64,000 nt of DNA from positions 3,431,031-3,495,030 of the forward strand of contig OZ242330.1 of assembly GCA_965208365.1 (NCBI GenBank), in the 5' to 3' direction. Origin of the DNA: Caldilineaceae bacterium (GTDB lineage Bacteria; Chloroflexota; Anaerolineae; Caldilineales; Caldilineaceae). Numbering within the stretch: the stretch's first letter is position 1; each line of letters starts with the position of its first letter. Position numbers and translations under genes: made by a program. The notes under the pieces were generated by a model. That model did no database searches. It saw only the letters and a list, made by a program, of their open reading frames with translations, and was not told the DNA's origin. Positions 29,548 through 40,278 of the stretch are shown here, in pieces.

Positions 29548-29723
29548 ACCGGTCTGGTGGACCCGTCCGGCCTGCAGCGCCGGTGGCAGGTCCACCGGCC
29601 GGCGCGCTACCGCTCTGATATGATCCATCTCCGGCGGCCTTTCGCTGTTGGGGTTGCAGGCTGACCAAACCCTGTGACCAGTCAACCCCGTATACCTGCA
29701 GGATTTTCTCGGAAACCAACTCC

Positions 29724-30071
29724 ATGCGCAGACTCATCAAAATCCTACTCTTCCTGGCGATTGCTTATTTTGTGGTGAAGTACGCCCGGAAGCTGCTGGA
29801 ACCGGCGGACATGTCAGCCGCCAACATCCCGGAGCAGGATGTCGAGCCCTACGATGAAGCACCGTTGGGGGGTGAGGTAAGTCCCGATTTGCTGGAAATT
29901 CTGGTATGTCCGGAAGACAAGGGCAGCCTTGAACTGGTGGACGAGGGACGATTTCTGTTGAATCCCCGCAATGGCTATCGGTATCCGATCCGCTCCGGCG
30001 TACCGGTAATGCTAATTGACGAGGGTCGCAAGTACCGGGAAAGTCCCGCGGACACTGCGGAACCATCCTGA
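29724..30071 (+). CDS. Trm112/UPF0434-family small protein fused to an N-terminal TM helix
   Basis: LLEILVCPEDKGSLELVDEGRFLLNPRNGYRYPIRSGVPVMLIDE is the Trm112p-like signature. The N-terminus IKILLFLAIAYFVVKY is hydrophobic. Confidence 0.6.
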   Translation: MRRLIKILLFLAIAYFVVKYARKLLEPADMSAANIPEQDVEPYDEAPLGGEVSPDLLEILVCPEDKGSLELVDEGRFLLNPRNGYRYPIRSGVPVMLIDEGRKYRESPADTAEPS

Positions 30072-30143
30072 GCAAGTCGGCGGGTCGCTCCGCCGGGCCG
30101 GCCGGTCCACATTTTGGGCCGAGGACGCAGTAGGAAATCAGGA

Positions 30144-31958
30144 ATGTTGTATCCCCAATCCAACCGTTTTCGATGTTTCTTGTCTTTGGACGGCTTTTGG
30201 TCGTTCCAAGTCGATCCTGAAGGGGTGGGGGAGCGGGAGGAGTGGTGGAACGGCCTGCCTGCCGGCCGGCAGATTGCAGTCCCTGGCAGTTGGAACGAAC
30301 TGTTCCCTGAGCACCGCGACTACCTTGGGGATGCCTGGCATGTCACGGAGTTCGATGCCTTTGCTCCCGGTCCCGGCTCGGTGTTGAGCCTGCGTTTCGA
30401 TTCTGTCAACTACAGCGCGCGGGTGTGGCTCAACGGGACCGAAGTCGGATCCCATGATGGCGGCCATCTGCCGTTCGAGTTCGACATTTCGGATTTGGCA
30501 AGGGACGGGCGCAACCGGCTGGCCGTGCTTGTCAACAACGATCTCATGCCGGACCGCGTGCCCCCGGGCAATGCGTCTGATTCGCCCTTCTCGTCGATGA
30601 TGTCGTCGTTCCCTCCGACCAGCTTTGATTTCTTTCCCTACGGGGGCATCCAACGCCCGGTGTGGGTTTCAATGCTGGACGCGGTGCACATCGTCTCCGC
30701 GGGCGTCAAGACGGAATTCGATCGCAACGACGACCTTACCGGATACGTCAATCTGCGGGCCGAAGTAGCCGGCGCGGCTGCTGCGCGGCTGGCTTGCCAG
30801 GTGCTCGATGCCGACGGCGGGATTGTGGCCGAGGGAACATGCGACGTGAAGGACGGTACGGTGGAGTGCCGCTTTGAGTTGCCTGGGGTCCGCCTGTGGT
30901 CCCCTGCCGATCCGCACCTGTACACGGTTGCGATGGAACTCCGGGACGACGAGGGCAAGGCTCGCGATGCCTACAGACTGGAAACAGGTGTACGGACCAT
31001 TGAGGTGCGGGACAGTCGGATTTTGCTCAACGGCGAGCCGATTCATCTGAAGGGTTTTGGCAAGCACGAGGACTTCCCCGTGCACGGCCGGGCCCTGAAC
31101 CTGCCGCTGATCGTGAAGGACGGGGAACTGTTCAGGTGGATTGGTGCCAACTCCTATCGCACGTCCCACTACCCGTACGCGGAGGAAGCACTTCGGTACG
31201 CGGACCGGGCCGGCCTGCTGATCATCGACGAAATCCCGGCGGTCGGGCTCATGTTCGGGGACAACGGCGACCGGATCGCCGGTTGGCTTGAGGTTTGCAA
31301 GAGCCAGTTGCACGACTTGATTCGGCGCGACCTGAACCATCCCAGCGTCATCATGTGGAGTGTGGCCAACGAACCGATGACCGCCGACTTCATGGCCCGG
31401 TTCCGGGGTGCCGACGCCAATCCGGCCTTTGTGGATGCCGGAACCGAATTCTTCGCTGCCCTAGTGGACGCGGGTAGAGAACTGGACCGCAGCCGACCGT
31501 TTTCACTGGCCGGGGTGATGGGAGGACCGGTTGAATGGCTGGAGCTCTGCGATGCCGTGATGATCAACCGGTATTGGGGCTGGTATCGACTGGGCGGGCA
31601 AATCGAGCAGGCACGGGCCGGGATGGAAGAGGAACTGGATGAGTTGCACGAGCGGCTGGCAAAGCCCATCATCATTGCCGAGTTCGGGGCGGACACGATT
31701 GCGGGCCATCACAGCGAGCCGGCGGAAATGTTCTCTGAGGAGTACCAGGTTGAAGTGCTGAGGATGACGCTCGATATCGCGGCGGAGCGACCGTGGATTG
31801 CGGGCCTGCACGTCTGGAACTTCGCCGACTTCAAGACGGGACAGGGAGTTATGCGACCGGCATCGCTCAACCACAAGGGGGTGTTCACCCGTGAACGCCG
31901 GCCCAAGATGGCCGCCCACTTCCTGCGATCCCGATGGCGGGAGGACGCTGCTGCGTAG
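30144..31958 (+). CDS. uidA: Beta-glucuronidase (glycoside hydrolase family 2)
   Basis: Close motif parallels to E. coli GUS: NSYRTSHYPYAEEALRYADRAGLLIIDEIPAVG, WSVANEP (acid/base) and IIIAEFGADT (nucleophile). The N-terminus MLYPQSNRF..LDGFWSF supports the ATG at 30144. Confidence 0.9.
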   Translation: MLYPQSNRFRCFLSLDGFWSFQVDPEGVGEREEWWNGLPAGRQIAVPGSWNELFPEHRDYLGDAWHVTEFDAFAPGPGSVLSLRFDSVNYSARVWLNGTEVGSHDGGHLPFEFDISDLARDGRNRLAVLVNNDLMPDRVPPGNASDSPFSSMMSSFPPTSFDFFPYGGIQRPVWVSMLDAVHIVSAGVKTEFDRNDDLTGYVNLRAEVAGAAAARLACQVLDADGGIVAEGTCDVKDGTVECRFELPGVRLWSPADPHLYTVAMELRDDEGKARDAYRLETGVRTIEVRDSRILLNGEPIHLKGFGKHEDFPVHGRALNLPLIVKDGELFRWIGANSYRTSHYPYAEEALRYADRAGLLIIDEIPAVGLMFGDNGDRIAGWLEVCKSQLHDLIRRDLNHPSVIMWSVANEPMTADFMARFRGADANPAFVDAGTEFFAALVDAGRELDRSRPFSLAGVMGGPVEWLELCDAVMINRYWGWYRLGGQIEQARAGMEEELDELHERLAKPIIIAEFGADTIAGHHSEPAEMFSEEYQVEVLRMTLDIAAERPWIAGLHVWNFADFKTGQGVMRPASLNHKGVFTRERRPKMAAHFLRSRWREDAAA

Positions 31959-32074
31959 GGCCTTGCTGGTCGCTTGGCGGACCGGCAGCTTGGATATGCT
32001 TGACCGGAGGCAGGTCGGCGGGATCCGGCATCCTTCCCGGGAACGGCCTATCTGACCACACCAAGCCATTTGGA

Positions 32075-32131
32075 GGACACTTGCAAACCCTTCGGCTGCA
32101 AGTGTCCATGGGCTGGGCCGGGCGGTATAAT
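32075..32131 (+). promoter_or_regulatory. Perfect 11-bp inverted repeat (GGACACTTGCA-N11-TGCAAGTGTCC) followed by TATAAT; candidate operator/promoter of the downstream sugar operon
   Basis: IR arms at 32075-32085 and 32097-32107. TATAAT at 32126-32131, about 70 nt upstream of the ATG at 32205 (RBS GGGGAGG). No U-tract follows, so it is not a typical intrinsic terminator. Confidence 0.35.
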
Positions 32132-32204
32132 CGGAGGTGCAACTGACGCGTATGCCGCGCCCGCAAATCCAAACCCATCTTGATGTTCCAACGGGGAGGA
32201 ATCC

Positions 32205-33200
<996 letters not shown>

Positions 33201-33260
33201 GCCAGAACCCCAGCCGGGGTGTGTCAATCCTTACCAACCATTCCAAGGAACCCCATAGCC

Positions 33261-34451
33261 ATGAGTGACGGAAGCGGCTTTACCGCCATGGCCGGTGCGC
33301 GAGCCACCGGCGAAGCACCCGAGATTGGAATCGGCATGCTGGGCTACGCCTTCATGGGCAAGGCCCATTCCAATGCCATGCTCAAGATTCCGCACATGAT
33401 GTATCCACCGCCGGCCATTCCGGTATTGGAGGCCATTTGCGGACGCGACCAGGAGGCGACCGCCGAGGCTGCCCGACGGTTCGGCTACCGCAATACCTAC
33501 AGTTCGTGGGAGGAGATGCTCGGCAACGACAACGTTCAGGTGTTGGACAATGGCGGGCCGAACAACGTGCATGCTGCCCCGTCCATCGCTGCCGCGGAGG
33601 CTGGCAAGCACATCATCTGCGAAAAGCCCCTGGCCCGCACCGGAGAGGAAGCCAAGACCATGTTGGATGCTGTCAACAAGGCCGGCGTCAAGGGTTTGGT
33701 GGCGTACAACTACCGTTTCGTGCCCGCCATCCGACAGATTCGGCTACTCATTGATCAGGGACTGTTGGGACAGGTCTACCACTTCCGCGCGGTCTACCTG
33801 CAGGAGTGGATCATGCCCCACTACAACCTGCCGATGATCTGGCGGCTGCAAAAAGACGTGGCCGGCAGCGGAGCCTTGGGGGACCTGGGTGCCCACATCA
33901 TCGACCTGGGCCGCTACCTGGTCGGCGATGTCAAGAGTGTGTCCGGCATGACCCGAACCTTCATCGAGGAACGGCCGTGGGACGATGGCACCATGGGCAA
34001 GGTGGATGTGGACGATGCCTTCGCCGCGCTGCTGGAGTTCGAGAACGGTGCCTTGGGTACCGTGGAAGCCACGAGGTTCGCCGGGGGCCGCAAAAACGGC
34101 CAGCGCATTGAGATCAATGCCGAAAAGGGTTCGGTGGTCTTCAACCTGGAGCGCCTCAACGAACTGCAGATTTTCTGGAACGACGGAGACCCGAATACCA
34201 GCGGCTTCACCAACGTTCTTGTGTCCGAGCCCACCCATCCCTGGTGGGAGAACTGGTGGCCGCAAGGACACATCATCGGGTGGGAGCACACGTTCGTGCA
34301 CGAAATCACCCATCTGCTGGACTGCATTGTGAACGACCGGGATGTGGCTCCGATCGGGGCGGACTTCGAGGACGGCTACCGGAATGCGGTCATCTGCGAT
34401 GCCATTCTGAAGTCGGCCGAGACCCGGCGGCAGGTGGACTGCGTCTACTAG
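33261..34451 (+). CDS. Gfo/Idh/MocA-family NAD(P)-dependent oxidoreductase
   Basis: IGIGMLGYAFMGKAHS Rossmann N-terminus and HIICEKPLARTGEEAKTM (EKP motif). ATG at 33261. Confidence 0.85.
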   Translation: MSDGSGFTAMAGARATGEAPEIGIGMLGYAFMGKAHSNAMLKIPHMMYPPPAIPVLEAICGRDQEATAEAARRFGYRNTYSSWEEMLGNDNVQVLDNGGPNNVHAAPSIAAAEAGKHIICEKPLARTGEEAKTMLDAVNKAGVKGLVAYNYRFVPAIRQIRLLIDQGLLGQVYHFRAVYLQEWIMPHYNLPMIWRLQKDVAGSGALGDLGAHIIDLGRYLVGDVKSVSGMTRTFIEERPWDDGTMGKVDVDDAFAALLEFENGALGTVEATRFAGGRKNGQRIEINAEKGSVVFNLERLNELQIFWNDGDPNTSGFTNVLVSEPTHPWWENWWPQGHIIGWEHTFVHEITHLLDCIVNDRDVAPIGADFEDGYRNAVICDAILKSAETRRQVDCVY

Positions 34452-34501
34452 GCCGACCGCCGCGGGCGGCCACGGTCGCGGATCAGTTGCATTGTGAGAA
34501 C

Positions 34502-34529
34502 GGCCAGGCTTCGGTCTGGCCGGCTTTTT
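34502..34529 (+). terminator. Candidate intrinsic terminator/attenuator between the oxidoreductase gene and xylA
   Basis: GGCCAGGC-TTCG-GTCTGGCC (UUCG tetraloop, one G-U pair), followed by GGCTTTTT. Confidence 0.45.
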
Positions 34530-34550
34530 GAAGGAGGCGTACAGCAGAAC

Positions 34551-35723
34551 ATGAGCAACCAGTACATTCCCCGGGCGGAGGACAAGTTCACTTTTGGTTT
34601 GTGGACTGTGGGCAACATCGGCCGCGATCCGTTCGGCGATCCGGTCCGCGGGGTGGTGACACCGGTCGAAATCGTCCACATGCTGGCCGAGGTTGGTGCC
34701 TGGGGCGTCAACTTCCACGACAACGACCTGGTGCCCATCGATGCCACGGCCGCCGAACGGGATCGCATCGTGCGGGACTTCCGCAAGGCCATGGACGATA
34801 CTGGGATTGTGGTGCCCATGGCCACCACCAACCTGTTCACGCATCCGGTTTTTCGGGACGGCGCTTTCACGAGCAGCGATCCCGAGGTGCGCGCCTATGC
34901 ATTGCAAAAGACCATGGCGGCCATCGACCTTGGTGTCGAACTAGGGGCGGAAACCTACGTGTTCTGGGGTGGTCGCGAAGGGACGGAAACCGATGTGGGC
35001 AAGTGTGCGGTCGATTCGGGACGGCACTTCCGCTATGCCATCAACTATCTGTGCGACTACGTGCTCGACCAGGGATACAACCTGCGTTTTGCACTGGAAC
35101 CCAAGCCGAACGAGCCGCGTGGCGACATCTACCTGCCCACGGTGGGATCGATGCTCGGGTTCATTGCAACCCTGGATCATCCGGCGATGGTCGGAGTCAA
35201 CCCGGAAATGGCCCACGAACAGATGGCGGGGCTCAATTTCATGCATGCCATTGCCCAGGCCTGGGAAGCCGGCAAGCTGTTCCACATTGATCTCAACGAT
35301 CAGAACATGGACCGGTACGATCAGGACTTCAGGTTCGGCTCCCACAGCATTAAGCAGGCGTTCAATGTGGTTCACTTCCTCGAGTCCGTTGGGTATGACA
35401 ACCCGCGCCACTTTGATGCCCATGCCTATCGTTCCAGCGATCTCGATGATGTCAAGGAATTTGCGCGGGGCTGCATGCGTACCTACCTGATCCTGAAGGA
35501 CAAGAGCCAACGGTTCACGGCGGACAGCGAGATTCAGGCATTGATTGCGGAGTGTACGGCTGACGACGGATCTATGTCCATGTGGCTTGAAGGGGGATAT
35601 GCTCCCGACCGCAACAGCAAGCTCCAGCAACACGACTTTGACCGGGAGGCATTGGGCCACCGCAGCAAGCCATACGAACGGCTGGACCAGTTGTTGATTG
35701 ATCTGCTGCTCGGCGTGCGTTGA
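34551..35723 (+). CDS. xylA: Xylose isomerase (class I, short type)
   Basis: [45 protein letters not shown] and [18 protein letters not shown] at 34551 with GAAGGAGG upstream. Confidence 0.92.
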   Translation: MSNQYIPRAEDKFTFGLWTVGNIGRDPFGDPVRGVVTPVEIVHMLAEVGAWGVNFHDNDLVPIDATAAERDRIVRDFRKAMDDTGIVVPMATTNLFTHPVFRDGAFTSSDPEVRAYALQKTMAAIDLGVELGAETYVFWGGREGTETDVGKCAVDSGRHFRYAINYLCDYVLDQGYNLRFALEPKPNEPRGDIYLPTVGSMLGFIATLDHPAMVGVNPEMAHEQMAGLNFMHAIAQAWEAGKLFHIDLNDQNMDRYDQDFRFGSHSIKQAFNVVHFLESVGYDNPRHFDAHAYRSSDLDDVKEFARGCMRTYLILKDKSQRFTADSEIQALIAECTADDGSMSMWLEGGYAPDRNSKLQQHDFDREALGHRSKPYERLDQLLIDLLLGVR

Positions 35724-35831
35724 ACTGCGTTGCAGTCGGGACGGTAATGCCAGGCAAACCCTAAGAAGTTACTTCCTCCATGGATGTGTCCGCTGCCGCG
35801 CCCCCGCGCGGCAAATCCACAGGCTTGGACT

Positions 35832-35862
35832 AGGCCCGCCTCATTCGGCGGGCCTGTTTTTT
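35832..35862 (+). terminator. Rho-independent terminator after xylA
   Basis: AGGCCCGCC-TCATTC-GGCGGGCCT followed by GTTTTTT. Confidence 0.7.
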
Positions 35863-35964
35863 GTACGGAAATGTTGCGTTTGGAGGGCGGCTTTGGTATA
35901 CCTCCCGGTCCGTTACGCGGCGGGATGCCCGTCTCCCGCCAGTTTGGCAGCTCGGTTTGCAGGA

Positions 35965-37941
35965 ATGACGATGTCGGATACATCATTCGGAGTAGGCGTG
36001 ACAGAAGCCCCAAGGCTACTGCGCGCCAACGACTTCGATCTCAGGGAGACTGCACACTCCCGCCGCGTCGTGGCCTTGTGGCGCCTAATCACGGGCTATC
36101 AGTCCGCGTACGGGGTCGCCATTCTGAGTTTGGGGCTGGCGGCGTTGGCGCGCGCCGGCAGCCAGTTTCTGCTGCGGGACTTCGTGGACCACGGTCTGAT
36201 GGGTGGCGGAGGCTGGCCGCTTCCAGCCTATGCAACCGGGTTCGTGTTGTTGGGGGTGGTGACCGGTGCGTGCAGTTTCGGCGCGGGTCGCTTGGCAGCG
36301 CAGACTGCCGAGGGTGTCTGTTTCCGCATTCGCAGCTACCTCTACGACCACATGCAGGCCCTGCCGTTCCTGTTCCACGACAACAACGCGACCGGGGACC
36401 TGCTTCAACGGGCCACGTCCGATGTGGAGGCGGTACGCAAGCTGTTTGCCAACACCTTGTTGGGTATCGGTCGCTCTGTCCTTCTGATTGCCGTGTTCAT
36501 AACTGGAATGATCCTGCTGGATGTGCGTTTGGCCCTGTGGTCCACGGTTACCGTCCCGTTCATCCTGGCGGCTTCGTTCCGGTTTTTCCCCATGATCAGG
36601 AACCGGTACGACCTGGCACAGCAGCAGGAGGCCCGTCTCTCAACCCGCTTGCAGGAAAACCTCAGTGGCATCCGGGTTGTGCGCGCCTTTGTGCGTCAGG
36701 CCTACGAAATCCGGATGACCGAACGGGACAATCGCGGGCTCAAGGACCAAGGCATGAAGCTCACCAACCTGCATGCGGTGTTCTGGTCCGGGACCGACCT
36801 GCTGGTGGCTGCCCAGATGGTGCTGTCGGTGTACCTGGGTGCGCGCGCGGTGCTGGCGGGCGAGTTGACGCTTGGCTCCTATCTTGCGATCGTTGCCATG
36901 CTGGGCCAGTTCATGTGGCCTGTGCGCAACTTGGGACAGGTGATTACCAGGGTGTCCACCGGTTGGGTGTCCTATACCCGTATCATGGCCGTGGTGCGCC
37001 AGGAACGCGAGGCGGCTGATGAACGAACCAGTCTTCCACCGTCGGGCATGGAGGGCGAGATTCGCTTTGAGCGCGTTGGGTTTGCCTACGACGCAACCGC
37101 CAAGGTGGACGACTTGGAACCCGCCGAAGTGGCCCAGTCCCCCGCGGTGCTCGAAGACGTATCGTTCACGGTCCGGCCCGGCCAAGTCGTTGCACTGCTG
37201 GGACCCACGGGTTCCGGCAAGTCGACGCTCGTATCCCTGATTCCGCGGTTCTATGAGTTCACACAGGGCCGCATCACGATCGACGGACACGACCTGAAAA
37301 CGCTTCCGCGCGGTTGGCTGCGGAGGCACATCGGCATTGTTCAGCAGGATCCTTTTCTTTTTTCCACCACCATTCGCCGCAACATACTCATGGGCGTCCA
37401 GGGTGAAGTCGATGACGAGACCCTTTACACCGCGGCGCGGGTTGCACACATCCACGATGTGGTCCAGGAGTTTCCGGACGGGTACGAAACCATCGTGGGG
37501 GAAAAGGGGGTCACCCTTTCGGGTGGCCAGAAGCAGCGTGTGACGATTGCCCGCACGCTGCTCAAGAATCCCCGCATCCTGATCTTGGACGACGCCCTTT
37601 CGTCGGTGGATGTTGCGACGGAAGGACATATCAGGACAGCCCTGAAGGCGTTGATGAAGGATCGGACCACCTTCATCATCGGCCACCGCATCCAGTCGAT
37701 CATGCACGCGGATCAGATTCTGGTTCTGGACAAGGGCCGCATTGTCCAACGCGGACGCCATCACGACCTCAAGGACCGGGATGGCCTATACCGGGACGTG
37801 TTCCGCATCCAGTCCGACATTGAGAGCGAGTTGCAGAACGAGTTGCGGAGGGCGGCAGCCACTGCCGATCCGCTACTGCACACCGGAATAAACGGGTCCG
37901 GGCATGCCGGACCCGCCGAGCCCTATGGTCGAATGCCATGA
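35965..37941 (+). CDS. ABC exporter, fused permease/ATPase (heterodimer partner 1)
   Basis: Six-TM N-domain. Walker A GPTGSGKST, signature LSGGQKQR and Walker B ILILDDALS. The start is ATG at 35965 or 35971; the track ORF start at 35698 lies inside xylA. Confidence 0.85.
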   Translation: MTMSDTSFGVGVTEAPRLLRANDFDLRETAHSRRVVALWRLITGYQSAYGVAILSLGLAALARAGSQFLLRDFVDHGLMGGGGWPLPAYATGFVLLGVVTGACSFGAGRLAAQTAEGVCFRIRSYLYDHMQALPFLFHDNNATGDLLQRATSDVEAVRKLFANTLLGIGRSVLLIAVFITGMILLDVRLALWSTVTVPFILAASFRFFPMIRNRYDLAQQQEARLSTRLQENLSGIRVVRAFVRQAYEIRMTERDNRGLKDQGMKLTNLHAVFWSGTDLLVAAQMVLSVYLGARAVLAGELTLGSYLAIVAMLGQFMWPVRNLGQVITRVSTGWVSYTRIMAVVRQEREAADERTSLPPSGMEGEIRFERVGFAYDATAKVDDLEPAEVAQSPAVLEDVSFTVRPGQVVALLGPTGSGKSTLVSLIPRFYEFTQGRITIDGHDLKTLPRGWLRRHIGIVQQDPFLFSTTIRRNILMGVQGEVDDETLYTAARVAHIHDVVQEFPDGYETIVGEKGVTLSGGQKQRVTIARTLLKNPRILILDDALSSVDVATEGHIRTALKALMKDRTTFIIGHRIQSIMHADQILVLDKGRIVQRGRHHDLKDRDGLYRDVFRIQSDIESELQNELRRAAATADPLLHTGINGSGHAGPAEPYGRMP

Positions 37942-39764
37942 CCCACCAGTACTTCGAGGAAGAGGAATTCGAAACCGCGTTCGACGGCCGAACCCTGATC
38001 CGGTTGTTGCGGCTGAAACTGCGCCATAAGCGGTGGGTGGCGGTCTATCTGGTGTCCAATCTGGCGATTGCGGTGCAGGAGGCCTATCTGACCTTCCTGA
38101 CCAAGCGCATTGTGGACGAAGGGCTGTTGGCGGGGGATTGGCCGCACGTGGTGGGGTTGGTAGCCCACTACGGAGCGGTGTTTGCAGCGTTCAGCATTCC
38201 GGTGGTGGGTTTCATCCTGGGGGCCGGATACCTTGGCGAGTTGATCCGGTACGACCTGTGCCGGGACATGTTCGCCAGATTGCAACAGTTGTCGTTGTCC
38301 TATTTCGACAGGACGCCAGTGGGTTGGCTCATGGCGCGCCTGACCGCCGATGCCAAGCGGATTGGCGAAATGATCTCGTGGGGTTTCATGGATTTGTTCT
38401 GGGGCCTGTCCAGCATTTGCGTGTCCTTGGGCTTCATGGTGGCCATCAGCTGGAAGCTGGCCCTGATCATGGCGGCAATCATTCCGCTGCTGTTTTTCGT
38501 GGCGCTGCGGTTCCAGACGCGCATCATACGCGCGTATCGGCATGTCCGCAGCACCAACAGCCGCTTGACCGGCGAATACAACGAGATGTTGACCGGGGTC
38601 AGGGTGGTCAAGTCCCTGGCGCGCGAGCAACTGAATTCGGATCGGTTCAACGAACTCAACCTGGAGATGTTCGGATCCAGTTTCCGCGCCGCGTTCCTGT
38701 CCGCGCTGTTCTTGCCTTCCGTCCAGCTTGTGGCAGCCCTGGCCGTTGGCACCATCATCGGGTACGGCGGATGGCAGTTTCAGCTTGGCGACATCACCAT
38801 CGGAGGGATTCAAGCCTTCGTTGCCTACATCGCGTTCATGCTGATGCCGATCGAGGAGATGTCAAGGGTGTTTGCCGAAATGCAGCAGGCCGTGGCTTGC
38901 GGTGAGAGGGTCTTCAGCCTGCTTGGGGCCAAGCCGGAAATCGTCGATGCACCGGACGCCGCCAACGCGACATCGATGCGGGGAGACATCGAGTTCAGCC
39001 ACGTGGATTTCGCCTACGACAGCGATGTGCCGGTGTTCACCGACCTGTGCCTAACCATCGGGAATGGCGAAACGGTTGCCCTGGTGGGACCGACCGGGGC
39101 CGGCAAGTCAACACTGGTCAACCTGATTTGCCGATTCTACGAGCCGCAGCGCGGCCGGATTTCGATTGGCGGCTGGGATGTGGCCACGTTGTCACAACGC
39201 TCGGTCCAGTCCCGTGTCGGGATGGTGCTTCAGGTGCCGCACCTGTTCTCAGGAACGATCCAGGAAAACATCCGCTATGGCCGCTTGGATGCAAGCGACG
39301 AGGAAGTTCTGGCCGCTTCGCGTTTGGCCGGCTCACATGCCTTCATTTCCACGCTTCCAGATGCATATCGGAGTGTTGTGGGGGAAGAAGGTGTCAAGCT
39401 CAGCGTCGGCCAACGGCAGTTGGTGAGTATCGCCCGGGCCATTCTGGCACAGCCGGACATCTTCATCATGGATGAAGCCACGAGTTCGGTCGACACCCTT
39501 ACCGAGGCGCTCATCCAACAAGGCATGAACGAAGTCCTGCGCGACCGCACGAGTCTGGTGATAGCACACCGACTGTCCACGATCCGCCTGGCGGATCGGA
39601 TTCTGGTGGTACGTGGTGGTGGGATTGAGGAGATGGGCACGCACAGTGAATTGCTGGCGGCCGGGGGCTACTACCACCATCTGTACACAAGCCAGTTCCG
39701 GGAGGAAAAGGGGCGGGCCCTCGATCCCTTCCACAACAGTCGGTCGGTGGTGGCTTCGGCATAA
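37938..39764 (+). CDS. ABC exporter, fused permease/ATPase (heterodimer partner 2)
   Basis: ATGA overlap with the upstream gene. GPTGAGKST, LSVGQRQL and IFIMDEATS. Confidence 0.9.
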   Translation: MTHQYFEEEEFETAFDGRTLIRLLRLKLRHKRWVAVYLVSNLAIAVQEAYLTFLTKRIVDEGLLAGDWPHVVGLVAHYGAVFAAFSIPVVGFILGAGYLGELIRYDLCRDMFARLQQLSLSYFDRTPVGWLMARLTADAKRIGEMISWGFMDLFWGLSSICVSLGFMVAISWKLALIMAAIIPLLFFVALRFQTRIIRAYRHVRSTNSRLTGEYNEMLTGVRVVKSLAREQLNSDRFNELNLEMFGSSFRAAFLSALFLPSVQLVAALAVGTIIGYGGWQFQLGDITIGGIQAFVAYIAFMLMPIEEMSRVFAEMQQAVACGERVFSLLGAKPEIVDAPDAANATSMRGDIEFSHVDFAYDSDVPVFTDLCLTIGNGETVALVGPTGAGKSTLVNLICRFYEPQRGRISIGGWDVATLSQRSVQSRVGMVLQVPHLFSGTIQENIRYGRLDASDEEVLAASRLAGSHAFISTLPDAYRSVVGEEGVKLSVGQRQLVSIARAILAQPDIFIMDEATSSVDTLTEALIQQGMNEVLRDRTSLVIAHRLSTIRLADRILVVRGGGIEEMGTHSELLAAGGYYHHLYTSQFREEKGRALDPFHNSRSVVASA

Positions 39765-40278
39765 GGGTGTGTCCCAATGTTCAACTGCGGACCGGACCGA
39801 TTGTTACGTCGGTGGCGGGTCTTCCGTTAGGATTACCCGTGCAAGTTGGTGAACTGGAGCTTGAACAAGCCGCCTGTTGCGTTGCCCCTTGTGGCAACCT
39901 GATGATGAAGAGGAGGGCCAATGCCATCAAGGGGTTCGCTGTGAACCCACCGTCACAGCATGCGCGGCTTGGATGTGCCAAGCCGGTAGCGAATGTTCCG
40001 CTACTATCACACGGCAGGAAGGTTTCCTGCCGCGGGCACATGACCTTGACCATGCTCATGCATCGCAATCGATCGAACGACGGACGCACGGTAGCGGGTC
40101 GTCAGGTTCGTCGGTTAACCGCAAGGGGAGCGCAAGGCATGGGGTTGTCTGTCGCCGGTTTCGACCCGGCCGCGGTGGGGACTGCTCCACCCGGACTCGA
40201 GTTGCAAGGGACCGCAAACCCTTATCAACCGAGAGCGAATTACCTGAAAACCAACAAGTTTTAAGGAACAGTCAGTGC

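Noticed and set aside
40208-40221. GGGACCGCAAACCC in the 514-bp gap resembles the GGGACGCAAAGCC core of c-di-GMP-I (GEMM) riboswitches.
   Set aside because: The partner GGCAAACC...GAAAG half and the P1/P2 helices could not be found. The similarity is an isolated 12-14-mer.
39767-40264. 165-aa ORF (and the antisense ORF 39781..40089) filling the gap after the ABC exporter genes.
   Set aside because: It has no RBS. Its composition is atypical and it has no recognisable motifs. It more likely represents non-coding or decayed sequence.
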